Positions 46,902 to 55,439 of a DNA stretch of 64,000 nucleotides are shown one piece after another. Every line of letters starts with the position of its first letter. Position 1 is the stretch's first letter. Source of the DNA: a virus; UHGV virus genome UHGV-1451962; one strand, 5' to 3'. The notes under the pieces were generated by a model. That model searched no databases, was not told where the DNA came from, and worked only from the letters and a program-made list of their open reading frames with translations. A program made the translations under genes and the position numbers.

Positions 46902-47963
46902 TTATTTTATAATATTTTTAAAACGCTCTAACATAACTGCCATTTGCTCTCTAGTTAAATAAGCTTTGGGTAAAAGATAGCCTTTATCATCACCTTGAAG
47001 AATACCTGTACTAACAGCCCATTCAACACTTGCTTTAGCCCAATTAGAAATATCATTTTTATCTTTAAATTTATCTAATGTATTCATATTTGTCCTCCCA
47101 ATATTATAATATTTATCAATATCAATAGAATTTGGTTCAGGTAAAATTACCGCACCAAATCCTGTTTTTGGATCAATTCCCTTATCGCCTATATCTTTAC
47201 AATTATCTTTGAAGAATTGAATCATTCCTTCTCTTGTTAGAGGTAATCCTTTTTTATCAATAAAGAAATCATCTACCAGACAGCTCATTCCACATAACCA
47301 AGGTGTAGAAAAAGAAGTGCCAGAATTGGAATAAGTTGCTGCGTCTGGTTTTGTAGCTTGCGGATTTAAATAAATCATACTAGGCGCAGAAAAGTCTACA
47401 TAATTACTAATACTAGAATAATAAGCAGGATTTACTGTACCATCTACCATTAAAGTATAAGCAGCTACGCCGATTACTTCTTCAATTTCCATAATTGGAT
47501 TATATTTTTTAGAAGAATCATTTCCTGCGCTCCAAAAGGGTTTAAAATTAGGATGTTTAATATACCAATTTTTTAAATCTTCAAAAAATTTGGTATGTCT
47601 ACTACAATTTAAAGAGGTAAACATATTGGTAATATTATATTTTTCAATAATTTCTACTGATTCATTAAAAAATTTAGAGTTATAATTATCTCCACCGCCA
47701 TAACTGCCATCAATGGAATAAAGCATAAATAAATGAGCTTTTGGAGCTACTTGGAAAAATGTTGCCGCGGTATTTATTGGATGTTCATTTGACATTTGTT
47801 TATCTTTTAAACAATTTCTTACTAAATTATCTGGATTATATCTATTAATATCCCAGGTTTCTCCACTTGCAGCATTTACTCTTTCTCCAAAATAGCCCGC
47901 ATTATGGAAACGAGTTACACCTGTAAAGTTTCTATGTCTATTATCATCATTTAATAATATCAT
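46902..47963 (-). CDS. subtilisin-like (S8) serine peptidase-like protein with C-terminal SLH-like domain
   Basis: SAGNDS and SNSGTSFSTPWLCGM resemble subtilisin Asn and Ser motifs; C-terminal NWAKASVEWAVSTGILQGDDKGYLLPKAYLTREQMAVML resembles SLH. Confidence 0.45.
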   Translation of the reverse strand: MILLNDDNRHRNFTGVTRFHNAGYFGERVNAASGETWDINRYNPDNLVRNCLKDKQMSNEHPINTAATFFQVAPKAHLFMLYSIDGSYGGGDNYNSKFFNESVEIIEKYNITNMFTSLNCSRHTKFFEDLKNWYIKHPNFKPFWSAGNDSSKKYNPIMEIEEVIGVAAYTLMVDGTVNPAYYSSISNYVDFSAPSMIYLNPQATKPDAATYSNSGTSFSTPWLCGMSCLVDDFFIDKKGLPLTREGMIQFFKDNCKDIGDKGIDPKTGFGAVILPEPNSIDIDKYYNIGRTNMNTLDKFKDKNDISNWAKASVEWAVSTGILQGDDKGYLLPKAYLTREQMAVMLERFKNIIK

Positions 47964-47984
47964 TTTAATCCTCCTTATAAAAAA

Positions 47985-48010
47985 AGAGAGGTAAAATTAC
48001 CTCTCTCTTA
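47985..48010 (-). terminator. rho-independent terminator
   Basis: AGAGAGGTAA-AATT-ACCTCTCTCT stem downstream of gene 48020-49543. Confidence 0.5.
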
Positions 48011-48019
48011 AAATACTAT

Positions 48020-49543
48020 TTACTTAATTACTTCATATCTTTTGCTATTCAGCTTTTCCAATACCAAGTCAAGACCAGTCTTGCCAGTCATTAACATTTC
48101 ATAAGTTACCGCAGAGTAACCAGAAATAAAAGTAATACCATCTTTCATCTTCATGGGAATATTATCATTTCGAGCATCAACATTCCAAAAAATCAAGTGC
48201 GGAGTAGTGTAACCATGAGAGTTCCAAACCTGCATAATCTTTTCCATTTCAGACTTGTATTCATCCCTATTATAGTAGCCAGTGCAATAATCAAATTCCA
48301 TATCACTAATGATTACAATGTTTTTAGGCATTTCTTCATTAGGAATATTATATTTAATAGCATTACTTAATAGCAAATCAAAAATACTTTGAATATTAGT
48401 GTTCTCACAGAGATTCTTTTGATAAATTCGACGTACTTTATCAACAAAATCAATACCTTCAATAGGCACCAATCTTGCAGTCCGAGAAAAAGTAATATAA
48501 TGTCCATACCAGGGAGAATTGGGATTACACTTCTCAGCACAATACATACCAAGAGAAATAGCTACATCAATAGGCGCGATAGTTTTCTCACTACCATAAA
48601 AACCACACATAGAACTAGAAGTATCAACGACAGCAACACCGTCAAAAACAGCATTATTAAAATAATCCTTTAGATTATCCCAATACTTATTGAGTGCAGC
48701 TCTCTCCACATCAGTTCCATTAAAATTTCCTCTATAATAAGGAAATTTAGAAACAACAGCATAAACTACATCCGCGGGATTCAAAGTATCAGCATTGACC
48801 TTAGTATTAGAATCCTTTACAAACTCTTCATAAGTTACCTTATTAGACTTTTCTCTTTCAATATCGTGCTTTGCAAAAGCATTGCGATACTTTAGACCTG
48901 CCTTAGAAGGAATCTTATCAAATTCAATTTCATCCCAACGGTTTTCACTCATCAGTCTTTCCAAAACTCTAATTCTTTCACGAAGAATAGAGAGAGTTTT
49001 GCGATACTGCTTAGGAGACATATTAAAAGCCATTCTAGTTTTAGTTCCAAGCATACGAGATTCCACAGAAGAAGTGTTCTCAGACTTCAACCACTTAGCC
49101 AAAAGAGAGGGAGTTTTACATTGAACATCAAGAGCAAGTTGATGATACATAGTCTTAAAAGCATCTGCCTCAAGTGGAGTATCAACAAAAGCATACAAAT
49201 CATCCCAGCGACCGTACTCAGGAACATACTTCAGATTTCTGCGCATTTCCTCAGTATGGTTAATGGCCAACCAAGAAGTTACAACCTTAAAAAATCTGCG
49301 TTCTCCCTGTCCACCGCGTACGTCTCGCAAATAAAAGAGACACTTCAAAGCATAAGAAATATCTTCTTCAAAAGCCTTCTTAAAAAGAAAAATACAATCA
49401 TCATCTGAGCGATTTCGATAAGCGCCACCAAGAGCAAACAAATCCATAATTCCATTCATAGTAGAATTATAAGTCAAACCACCATTCTCAGTGATAGAAT
49501 GAGTATTCTTTTCCTTCAAAATATTAAGCATCTTATTTTCCAT
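48020..49543 (-). CDS. TROVE/DUF2828-like protein with C-terminal vWA (MIDAS DxSxS) domain; Ro60-like architecture
   Basis: 507 aa; N-terminal TENGGLTYNSTMNGIMDLFALGG; VAVVDTSSSM MIDAS-like motif around residue 305; AAAAGGAGAAAG RBS; family call is from recalled patterns only. Confidence 0.4.
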   Translation of the reverse strand: MENKMLNILKEKNTHSITENGGLTYNSTMNGIMDLFALGGAYRNRSDDDCIFLFKKAFEEDISYALKCLFYLRDVRGGQGERRFFKVVTSWLAINHTEEMRRNLKYVPEYGRWDDLYAFVDTPLEADAFKTMYHQLALDVQCKTPSLLAKWLKSENTSSVESRMLGTKTRMAFNMSPKQYRKTLSILRERIRVLERLMSENRWDEIEFDKIPSKAGLKYRNAFAKHDIEREKSNKVTYEEFVKDSNTKVNADTLNPADVVYAVVSKFPYYRGNFNGTDVERAALNKYWDNLKDYFNNAVFDGVAVVDTSSSMCGFYGSEKTIAPIDVAISLGMYCAEKCNPNSPWYGHYITFSRTARLVPIEGIDFVDKVRRIYQKNLCENTNIQSIFDLLLSNAIKYNIPNEEMPKNIVIISDMEFDYCTGYYNRDEYKSEMEKIMQVWNSHGYTTPHLIFWNVDARNDNIPMKMKDGITFISGYSAVTYEMLMTGKTGLDLVLEKLNSKRYEVIK

Positions 49544-49598
49544 AATAACTTTCTCCTTTTGTTTTTTAGTTTTCTCTCTTAGGCAAGAGAGATATTAA

Positions 49599-49682
49599 TG
49601 GTACCAGAAGCGGGACTCGAACCCGCACGCATAAAGCGAAAGTTTTTGAGACTTCTTTGTCTACCAATTCCAACATTCTGGC
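49599..49682 (-). tRNA. tRNA-Leu (anticodon CAA)
   Basis: Cloverleaf by eye: acceptor GCCAGAA/TTCTGGT, anticodon loop CTCAAAA, long variable arm, T-loop TTCGAGT, encoded CCA. Confidence 0.8.
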
Positions 49683-50059
49683 AAATAAGGTTTTCCCTTG
49701 TAAGGAGGATAACCTAAAACCCAAGCTAGCTTTAGTCCTTTTTTAATCAGAGGTTGACCATTCTCATTAGCATTTCTCAGAAGCCTTGATTTTCTACTTC
49801 TCGTAGTAGAAGGAGTGGAGATGAGTAATGCTCCGCCGTCTCTCCTATATAACACCTTGCATTTTAATGACGCAAAGAAACATTTTACTATGCGGCTATC
49901 AACCTGTTTACCCATAGCTAACGACTTAGGTCGCCCTTATGTCTGGTCACGCAGTATCGTCGCTTCAACAGTTGCCAGACTAATTCTCCCGATACCCGGA
50001 TACCCAGTTCAGCATTATCTGGGGTACTCATTTATTTTACGTCTGTATGATAAGACTAA
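49683..50059 (-). ncRNA. candidate structured non-coding RNA (unassigned 377-nt GC-elevated spacer in tRNA island)
   Basis: No tRNA fold found; GC clearly above flanks; only low-plausibility ORFs that overlap tRNAs; next to TROVE/vWA gene. Confidence 0.25.
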
Positions 50060-50135
50060 TGGTGGCTCGCCTGGGATTTGAACCCAGCACATCTTGCTTA
50101 AAAGGCAAGTGTTCTACCTAATGAACTAGCGAACC
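50060..50135 (-). tRNA. tRNA-Lys (anticodon TTT)
   Basis: Acceptor GGTTCGC/GCGAGCC, anticodon loop CTTTTAA, T-arm CTGGG-TTCAAAT-CCCAG, encoded CCA. Confidence 0.85.
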
Positions 50136-50137
50136 AT

Positions 50138-50213
50138 TGGAGCTAGCGAAAAGACTTGAACTTTTAACCTGCGGTTTACAAGGCCGCTGCACTACCTATT
50201 GTGCTACACTAGC
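50138..50213 (-). tRNA. tRNA-Thr (anticodon TGT)
   Basis: Acceptor GCTAGTG/CGCTAGC, anticodon loop CTTGTAA, T-loop TTCAAGT, encoded CCA; 2-nt gap to tRNA-Lys. Confidence 0.75.
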
Positions 50214-50273
50214 AAATACAAGATACTTTTTTTTGATTAAAAGTCAAAAAATAAATTGCTATGAGTATCTTTA

Positions 50274-50347
50274 TGGAGCAAGTAACGGGAATCAAACCCG
50301 CATCGCTGGAGTGGAAGTCCAGAGTTCTATCATTAAACTATACCTGC
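50274..50347 (-). tRNA. tRNA-Gly (anticodon TCC)
   Basis: Acceptor GCAGGTA/TACTTGC, anticodon stem-loop CTGGA-CTTCCAC-TCCAG, T-loop TTTGATT, encoded CCA. Confidence 0.75.
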
Positions 50348-50408
50348 TTATTGTTGATAGTTTTAGTAAAAACAGTATCACCACGTGAAGGTAACTATCT
50401 TGATACCG

Positions 50409-50497
50409 CGGGGCAAACTGGATTTGAACCAGTGAAACTATTGCTAGTTTGCTTGTTTTCAAGACAAGTGCAATAAGCCAAACTCTGCCATTGCCCC
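50409..50497 (-). tRNA. tRNA-Ser (anticodon TGA)
   Basis: Acceptor GGGGCAA/TTGCCCC, anticodon loop CTTGAAA, long variable arm, T-arm ACTGG-TTCAAAT-CCAGT; CCA not encoded. Confidence 0.8.
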
Positions 50498-50682
50498 ATA
50501 TTAAGGAAGGTGGAGGTAGGGCCTCACCTATAGCTGCTCCTCAATTATTCCCCTACTTTTCTGACTCTACACCCGCAGGCACGATACGTATTATACATCC
50601 GTTCAAAGTTTATTGTCATGTCAGCAAGACAAGATGCCTTTCACATCAGCTATTTCCTTTTGTTATCTATTATAATTCTGCT

Positions 50683-50759
50683 TGGTACGCCTGAAGGGAC
50701 TCGAACCCCTGGCTTACTGCTTAGAAGACAGTTACTCTATCCAGTTGAGTTACAGACGC
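50683..50759 (-). tRNA. tRNA-Arg (anticodon TCT)
   Basis: Acceptor GCGTCTG/CAGGCGT, D-arm ACTC-AACTGGATA-GAGT, anticodon loop CTTCTAA, T-loop TTCGAGT, encoded CCA. Confidence 0.85.
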
Positions 50760-50824
50760 GTATCAGTAAACTCAAGTTTATTGTTATCTTTAAAACTAAT
50801 AGTAAAGAGTATCAATTTTAAAGA

Positions 50825-50910
50825 TGGTGTGGGCGATGGGACTCGAACCCACAAGCTAGATTAGCAGCGCATTTTAAGTGCGATATGTTTTCCTATTTCA
50901 TCACGCCCAC
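50825..50910 (-). tRNA. tRNA-Leu (anticodon TAA)
   Basis: Acceptor GTGGGCG/CGCCCAC, anticodon loop CTTAAAA, long variable arm, T-arm GTGGG-TTCGAGT-CCCAT, encoded CCA. Confidence 0.8.
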
Positions 50911-51023
50911 ATGAATATTTAAGCAAGACTCATTTTTCTTCTTGATTACCAGTCAAGTGCTTTTAAGCTTTATTTGCTGTATAAGTCTTTTCTTAAATAT
51001 TATATCATATTTTTTTTAAATTT

Positions 51024-51218
51024 TCAATTTTTTCTTTTCAGTCCAAAATACTGATCTGCACGAGGAGAACCCAAATGAAATACATCCTGAGTACCAATAA
51101 GAACCAAAATATTGGCAGTATAAGGATTAATGGAATTTTTACGGATAAAATTAAGGGCCTGCTGTCTAGTTCTAAAAGTCATAGTCCAATTCTTAGCTTT
51201 AAAAATAATCTTATTCAT
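51024..51218 (-). CDS. hypothetical small protein
   Basis: 64-aa ORF with GAAAGGAGAAAATTT RBS and sigma-A-type promoter at 51248-51276. Confidence 0.4.
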   Translation of the reverse strand: MNKIIFKAKNWTMTFRTRQQALNFIRKNSINPYTANILVLIGTQDVFHLGSPRADQYFGLKRKN

Positions 51219-51247
51219 AAATTTTCTCCTTTCTTAACTTTCTATAT

Positions 51248-51276
51248 ATTATATCATTTATTTTTTAAATTTTCAA
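51248..51276 (-). promoter_or_regulatory. sigma-A-type promoter (-35 TTGAAA, 17-nt spacer, -10 TATAAT)
   Basis: Minus strand: TTGAAA (51276-51271), 17-nt spacer, TATAAT (51253-51248); about 30 nt upstream of ATG 51218; second tandem copy at about 51305-51360. Confidence 0.5.
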
Positions 51277-51361
51277 ATTAATTTATTTTGTTCAAGAAAT
51301 TTTTATTACTCTTTCCTTAACTTTCTATATATATTATAATATATTTTTATTAAATTTTCAA

Positions 51362-52009
51362 TTATTGTCCACTTGTACAAGAAGGAGGATCGGCACACGA
51401 AGTGCTTGAATTTCTTTGACAACCAGAATTACATCTTCCACAATTACCTCTATTACATTTTTCACAACCTCTATCGCAGCTTTCACAAGTATCACAAGTA
51501 ACATCACAATTTGCATTACATTTATTACATTGATCTTTTTTATATTTTAATGTATTTGCCGCAGTCTCTAAACCAGAAAAATAAGAACCTAAAAGATCAT
51601 CTCCTGGAGAAACATTAGATGCAGTACCACTATGGCCGCCTAAACCATTTAATGCTCTACTAACTGCATTAAAATCTCTTGCTCTCATAGAAGATTGAGT
51701 AATTCCACCACTACTGATACCAGGACTTCCACCATTTTTTTTAGTACCTTTAGCATAAGCATTACAAATAAATTTATAAATACTATTCCATGTACTTAAT
51801 GTAAAAAATTGTTGTCCTCTTGCAGTACAAGCTCCCCAACTAAAACTACCTACCCTTTGATGGCTATCTTCACAAAAAGATTGACAATCATTACAGCCGG
51901 AGCATTTATCACCTTTCATACAACCAGAATCACATTTTTCACAAGAATCACATGATTCGCAACTATTGCAAGATTGACATCCTGAATTACATTTTTCACA
52001 ACCCAATAG
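51362..52009 (-). CDS. Cys-rich repeat protein, putative substrate of adjacent radical-SAM/SPASM enzyme
   Basis: About 214 aa from TTG after AAGGTGGTG SD; N-terminal 45 and C-terminal 55 residues are C-x2-C/C-x3-C repeats with Cys followed by D/E/N/Q in most positions; start overlaps rSAM stop by 14 nt. Confidence 0.65.
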   Translation of the reverse strand, partial: LLGCEKCNSGCQSCNSCESCDSCEKCDSGCMKGDKCSGCNDCQSFCEDSHQRVGSFSWGACTARGQQFFTLSTWNSIYKFICNAYAKGTKKNGGSPGISSGGITQSSMRARDFNAVSRALNGLGGHSGTASNVSPGDDLLGSYFSGLETAANTLKYKKDQCNKCNANCDVTCDTCESCDRGCEKCNRGNCGRCNSGCQRNSSTSCADPPSCTSGQ

Positions 52010-53240
52010 ATTCACCACCTTCTAATTTATAATCTAAATATTCTTTAAAAAATTGATTTTTCTCTTGCTCGACAAGAATTTTCATCATTAAAATTCCACC
52101 TTCAAGAAGAATTTGATTGTAAATACAATCAATAGAAGGTCTAATAAAAAAGTCATTAAACATATCACGCGAAACAGAAGGACAAACTTTATGAATACAA
52201 GCTTGTCGTAGCTTACAATTACTACATAATTCTTTTTTAGAACTAATTATAGTTATTGCTTCATTATAATCAGTCAGCATTTTCTTATGTTTTTCTATAT
52301 TGATACCATTAAAAATATCACCAATATAAAAATAATCATTTTCATCTCTTGAATCTTGCTCTTGACAACCATAAATTTTACCATCATAAGCAATAGAAAT
52401 AGAACCAGTTCCTAAACCACATCTGCGAACTCCGCGAGAAGGGGATAGATCAGAAAAATTTTTAGTATAAGTTTGAAGGTCTATATCAATAATATCATCA
52501 AAAGCACTATCTAAATTAGAATAAAGAATGGGAATTTTTCCTTCAATGTAATTCATAGTCGTATAAGTAATAATTTTTCCAATTTCTTCTCTTAAAATTT
52601 TAATATTTTCTTCTGACCATTCTTCTCTAGCATTTGGACACATAAAAATTTGTCTAAAACCACACTTTTCTGCGAACAAAAATGATTCAAACATTTTATC
52701 TATTGTTGGCTGGTAAAGAGTGGAGCGAAAAGTAGTATTAGGAAAATATTTAAGAATAATAGGAATATTCTTTTCAACTAAATCAAAACTACTTAAATTT
52801 GTATCTCGACAAGGTCGATTATAATCCTGTACTTCTTTTATTCCATCAATAGAAAGAAGAAGTTTAATATTATTATCATAACAAAATTTAACTCTTTCTT
52901 CATTTAGAAGAGTTCCATTTGTCGTCATATCAAAATGAAAAGTATCAGGATATTTCTCTTTAGTATATTTAACAATAGGAACAATAATCTGTTCCCATAA
53001 AAGAGTCGGCTCACCGCCAAAAAATGTTACTTCATTCTTTTGATTTTCTCTTCCAGTAAGCTCTTTGTATTTTACTAAATTTTTGGCTAAAAAATCTATC
53101 GCATTTTTAGCCATTTCTACATCCATATAATGCGGCTTTTGATGTACAAAGCAATATCTACATTGTAGATTACAATTATCTGTTAAATTTAAACACGCAT
53201 TAATAGGATACTTAAAAGTTTCATCATAATTATAACTCAT
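51996..53240 (-). CDS. radical SAM enzyme with C-terminal SPASM-like Cys cluster (peptide/protein maturase-like)
   Basis: CNLQCRYC (CX3CX2C) at residues 16-23, FFGGEPTL motif, C-terminal CSNCKLRQACIHKVCPS...IDC auxiliary-cluster cysteines; AGGAGGGAG RBS. Confidence 0.8.
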   Translation of the reverse strand: MSYNYDETFKYPINACLNLTDNCNLQCRYCFVHQKPHYMDVEMAKNAIDFLAKNLVKYKELTGRENQKNEVTFFGGEPTLLWEQIIVPIVKYTKEKYPDTFHFDMTTNGTLLNEERVKFCYDNNIKLLLSIDGIKEVQDYNRPCRDTNLSSFDLVEKNIPIILKYFPNTTFRSTLYQPTIDKMFESFLFAEKCGFRQIFMCPNAREEWSEENIKILREEIGKIITYTTMNYIEGKIPILYSNLDSAFDDIIDIDLQTYTKNFSDLSPSRGVRRCGLGTGSISIAYDGKIYGCQEQDSRDENDYFYIGDIFNGINIEKHKKMLTDYNEAITIISSKKELCSNCKLRQACIHKVCPSVSRDMFNDFFIRPSIDCIYNQILLEGGILMMKILVEQEKNQFFKEYLDYKLEGGESIGL

Positions 53241-53264
53241 AATTTTTCTGAAACTCCCTCCTAT

Positions 53265-53603
53265 TTACATATTATCTTCAATCGCTGCAAGGATATCCAT
53301 GCAAGCATCATATTCGCCCATGCTTTTATTGAAATAATCCTTCATTTTATTCATAAACTTTTCTGCTTCTTCAACCTTAGAATTTGCATTTGCAAATTTC
53401 TCTTTTGCAGTTTTAAGTCTCTTAGCTGCGATTTTCGCATCACATCGAGCAATAGCAAGGCCAATTCCCTTTTCCAAGTCAAAAACATCTCCACCCTTAA
53501 TATCACATCGTGCTACACCTCTAACAGGTTGCTTAGCAAAAGTGGATTCCGCAATCACCATATCAGTGTAATTACTAAAAATCTTATACCGACCATACTT
53601 CAT
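53265..53603 (-). CDS. hypothetical protein, first gene of rSAM operon
   Basis: Start moved to ATG (MKYGRYKIF...) after AAGGAGAT RBS; upstream part of annotated ORF reads through the promoter cassette; 112 aa. Confidence 0.5.
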   Translation of the reverse strand: MKYGRYKIFSNYTDMVIAESTFAKQPVRGVARCDIKGGDVFDLEKGIGLAIARCDAKIAAKRLKTAKEKFANANSKVEEAEKFMNKMKDYFNKSMGEYDACMDILAAIEDNM

Positions 53604-53677
53604 ATTTATTATCTCCTTTTTTAATTTTCTATATATATTATAATATAAATTTTTAAAAAATTCCAATAATAAAAAAA

Positions 53678-53704
53678 TGGGTAGAAGATTAAACCTTCTA
53701 CCCA
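53678..53704 (-). terminator. rho-independent terminator
   Basis: TGGGTAGAAG-ATTAAAC-CTTCTACCCA stem with T-run on minus strand, downstream of tail-fibre gene 53710-54180. Confidence 0.55.
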
Positions 53705-53709
53705 TTAAA

Positions 53710-54180
53710 TTAATTTAATAAATCTGAAATTCTGCCCCACGTTGATTCAGCACTAGAATCTGCCCAAGTGCCATCGCCACGAAGAAATTTAGAAATATCA
53801 GTTTTAGTAGGTGCTGGAACTAAACCTTTAGTACCGTTTGTAGAGGAGGTCGCTCCAGTCATAGTATCCACATTATTTTGAACCACTGTCCAATCACTTG
53901 CTTTGTAGTTTGAGCTATAATCACTAACACAAATTATCATATCTCCTGCTTCTATTTTACCAATAGAAGTAATTGTAAAATCCGCATTTGCTTTATAAGT
54001 CCAACCAATTTTATAATTTTTTAACCCAGTGATTCCGGCAGCACTTGATATTACACCTTTGAAAACTAATGAAGAAGCAACTGCGGTTTGCAATGTAGAA
54101 ACCGCAGCTCTAATTTCTTCATCTTTAAGGTAGTAAATGGCGCCACCGACATTGACTTTAGAAATCAACTTGTTTGCCAT
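53710..54180 (-). CDS. tail fibre-like protein
   Basis: C-terminal GTKGLVPAPTKTDISKFLRGDGTWA motif typical of phage tail fibre/collar proteins. Confidence 0.6.
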   Translation of the reverse strand: MANKLISKVNVGGAIYYLKDEEIRAAVSTLQTAVASSLVFKGVISSAAGITGLKNYKIGWTYKANADFTITSIGKIEAGDMIICVSDYSSNYKASDWTVVQNNVDTMTGATSSTNGTKGLVPAPTKTDISKFLRGDGTWADSSAESTWGRISDLLN

Positions 54181-54206
54181 TTACTCACCATCCTTTTAAA
54201 AATTAA

Positions 54207-55418
54207 TTACTGGACAGTAACATCCTTGGCGGCAACTACAATATCATCAACATCCAATTCCATAGTAGTACCAATAAACTTAGTCGTAGAGGTATCAACA
54301 GTAGCCTTATCGTAATTAACACCAGAAACCACAGAGGTTTTCTCACCAGCAAAAGTAGCAGTAATATCAGCAGAAGCACCAGTGAAGGAAGCTGCAAACT
54401 TATCGCCAGTGAACACAGGAGCAGAAGCCTCTGCACTCTTAACACCAGTCATAACAGTGGTGCCTTTAGTGGCCAATTCAGGAAGTGTACCTGCATAGAA
54501 AGTACCTTCAGTGTAAGAAGCCTTTGCGCCCTGAATAAAGGTAGGCAGAGTGTTAGCAGTAAAGCTAAAGCTCAAAGTTTCAGAAGCATCATCAACTTTA
54601 GCGCTCCAAATAGCTTGAGAACCAGCAGTAAAGATGTCATCACCGTTAGGAGTAAAGGTGTCAGCATCCTTGGTAGGTAAAGTACCAACAGAAGTAACCT
54701 TCTTAATGCTGTCAGTATCAGGAGTAATAGTCACAGTAGGAGCAGAAACGCTACCAGAAATCTGAGTACCATTATTAGCATCCTTAGTAATGCTAACAGA
54801 ACCAGCAGCAGTCACACTACCAGTAACATTACCAGAAGGAGTATAATCATTTTTAGTTAAAGTAGCAGCAGTAGAAGTCTGGGTTAAACCAACCTCAATA
54901 CTACCAGCAGAAGTACCAGTAGCCTTAACACCAGTAATAGTTTGACCAGCAACAATACCAGTAGCAGAATTCTTATCAGCTAAAGTGCCAAGACCTAAAT
55001 CAGTCTTTAAAGTATCCAAAGAGAAAATACCGGAAAGATCCTGAGTACCAATCTTAAAGGTCTTCAAAGCATACAAGGTCTCATCACCAAGCTCATGCCA
55101 ATTATTATTAGCATAGACATACTCTTTAACATCAACAATAACAACATCGCCATCTTTAGCAGTCAGAGGTAAAGTTTCCTCAACACCAACGAAGTGCATA
55201 GCACTAGTCAAATTGGCAATAGCGGCTTGAACCTGAGCGCCAGTAACCAAGCCCTGCTCTTCAGCAGAAACACTAGCGGCAACATCTTTCTGAGCAGCCT
55301 CACCAAGAGTCTTTAATAGATCACGAACTTCAGCGTCCTTTAAGTAATAGGTCTTATTATCAATAGTCAACTTAGAAATAACAGGAATATTCACAGGGTT
55401 GAAAATTTTTGTAGCCAT
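54207..55418 (-). CDS. tail fibre/structural protein
   Basis: 403 aa, Thr/Ala/Gly/Ser-rich; N-terminus (KTYYLKDAEVR) parallels that of the 53710-54180 protein. Confidence 0.55.
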   Translation of the reverse strand: MATKIFNPVNIPVISKLTIDNKTYYLKDAEVRDLLKTLGEAAQKDVAASVSAEEQGLVTGAQVQAAIANLTSAMHFVGVEETLPLTAKDGDVVIVDVKEYVYANNNWHELGDETLYALKTFKIGTQDLSGIFSLDTLKTDLGLGTLADKNSATGIVAGQTITGVKATGTSAGSIEVGLTQTSTAATLTKNDYTPSGNVTGSVTAAGSVSITKDANNGTQISGSVSAPTVTITPDTDSIKKVTSVGTLPTKDADTFTPNGDDIFTAGSQAIWSAKVDDASETLSFSFTANTLPTFIQGAKASYTEGTFYAGTLPELATKGTTVMTGVKSAEASAPVFTGDKFAASFTGASADITATFAGEKTSVVSGVNYDKATVDTSTTKFIGTTMELDVDDIVVAAKDVTVQ

Positions 55419-55439
55419 AAATTTTATTTCCTCCTATAA

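Noticed and set aside
50500-50530. Possible tmRNA 3' end (GGTGGAGG... resembling the complement of a tmRNA acceptor end)
   Set aside because: No adjacent T-arm (GGTTCGA-type) and no tRNA-Ala-like acceptor or tag reading frame could be found.
49661-50864. ORFs overlapping tRNA genes in the first tRNA island (49661-49915, 49815-50081, 50137-50388, 50261-50476, 50449-50694, 50618-50821, 50682-50864) and in the second (57984-58259, 59186-59377)
   Set aside because: They run through one or more well-folded tRNA genes; the open frames are explained by the locally higher GC of structured RNA. 49815-50081 does have a plausible GAAGGAG RBS, so a small protein is not fully excluded.
51075-51281. 68-aa plus-strand ORF
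   Set aside because: Antisense to the 64-aa minus-strand ORF and to the promoter cassette; Ile/Phe/Lys-rich translation and no RBS.
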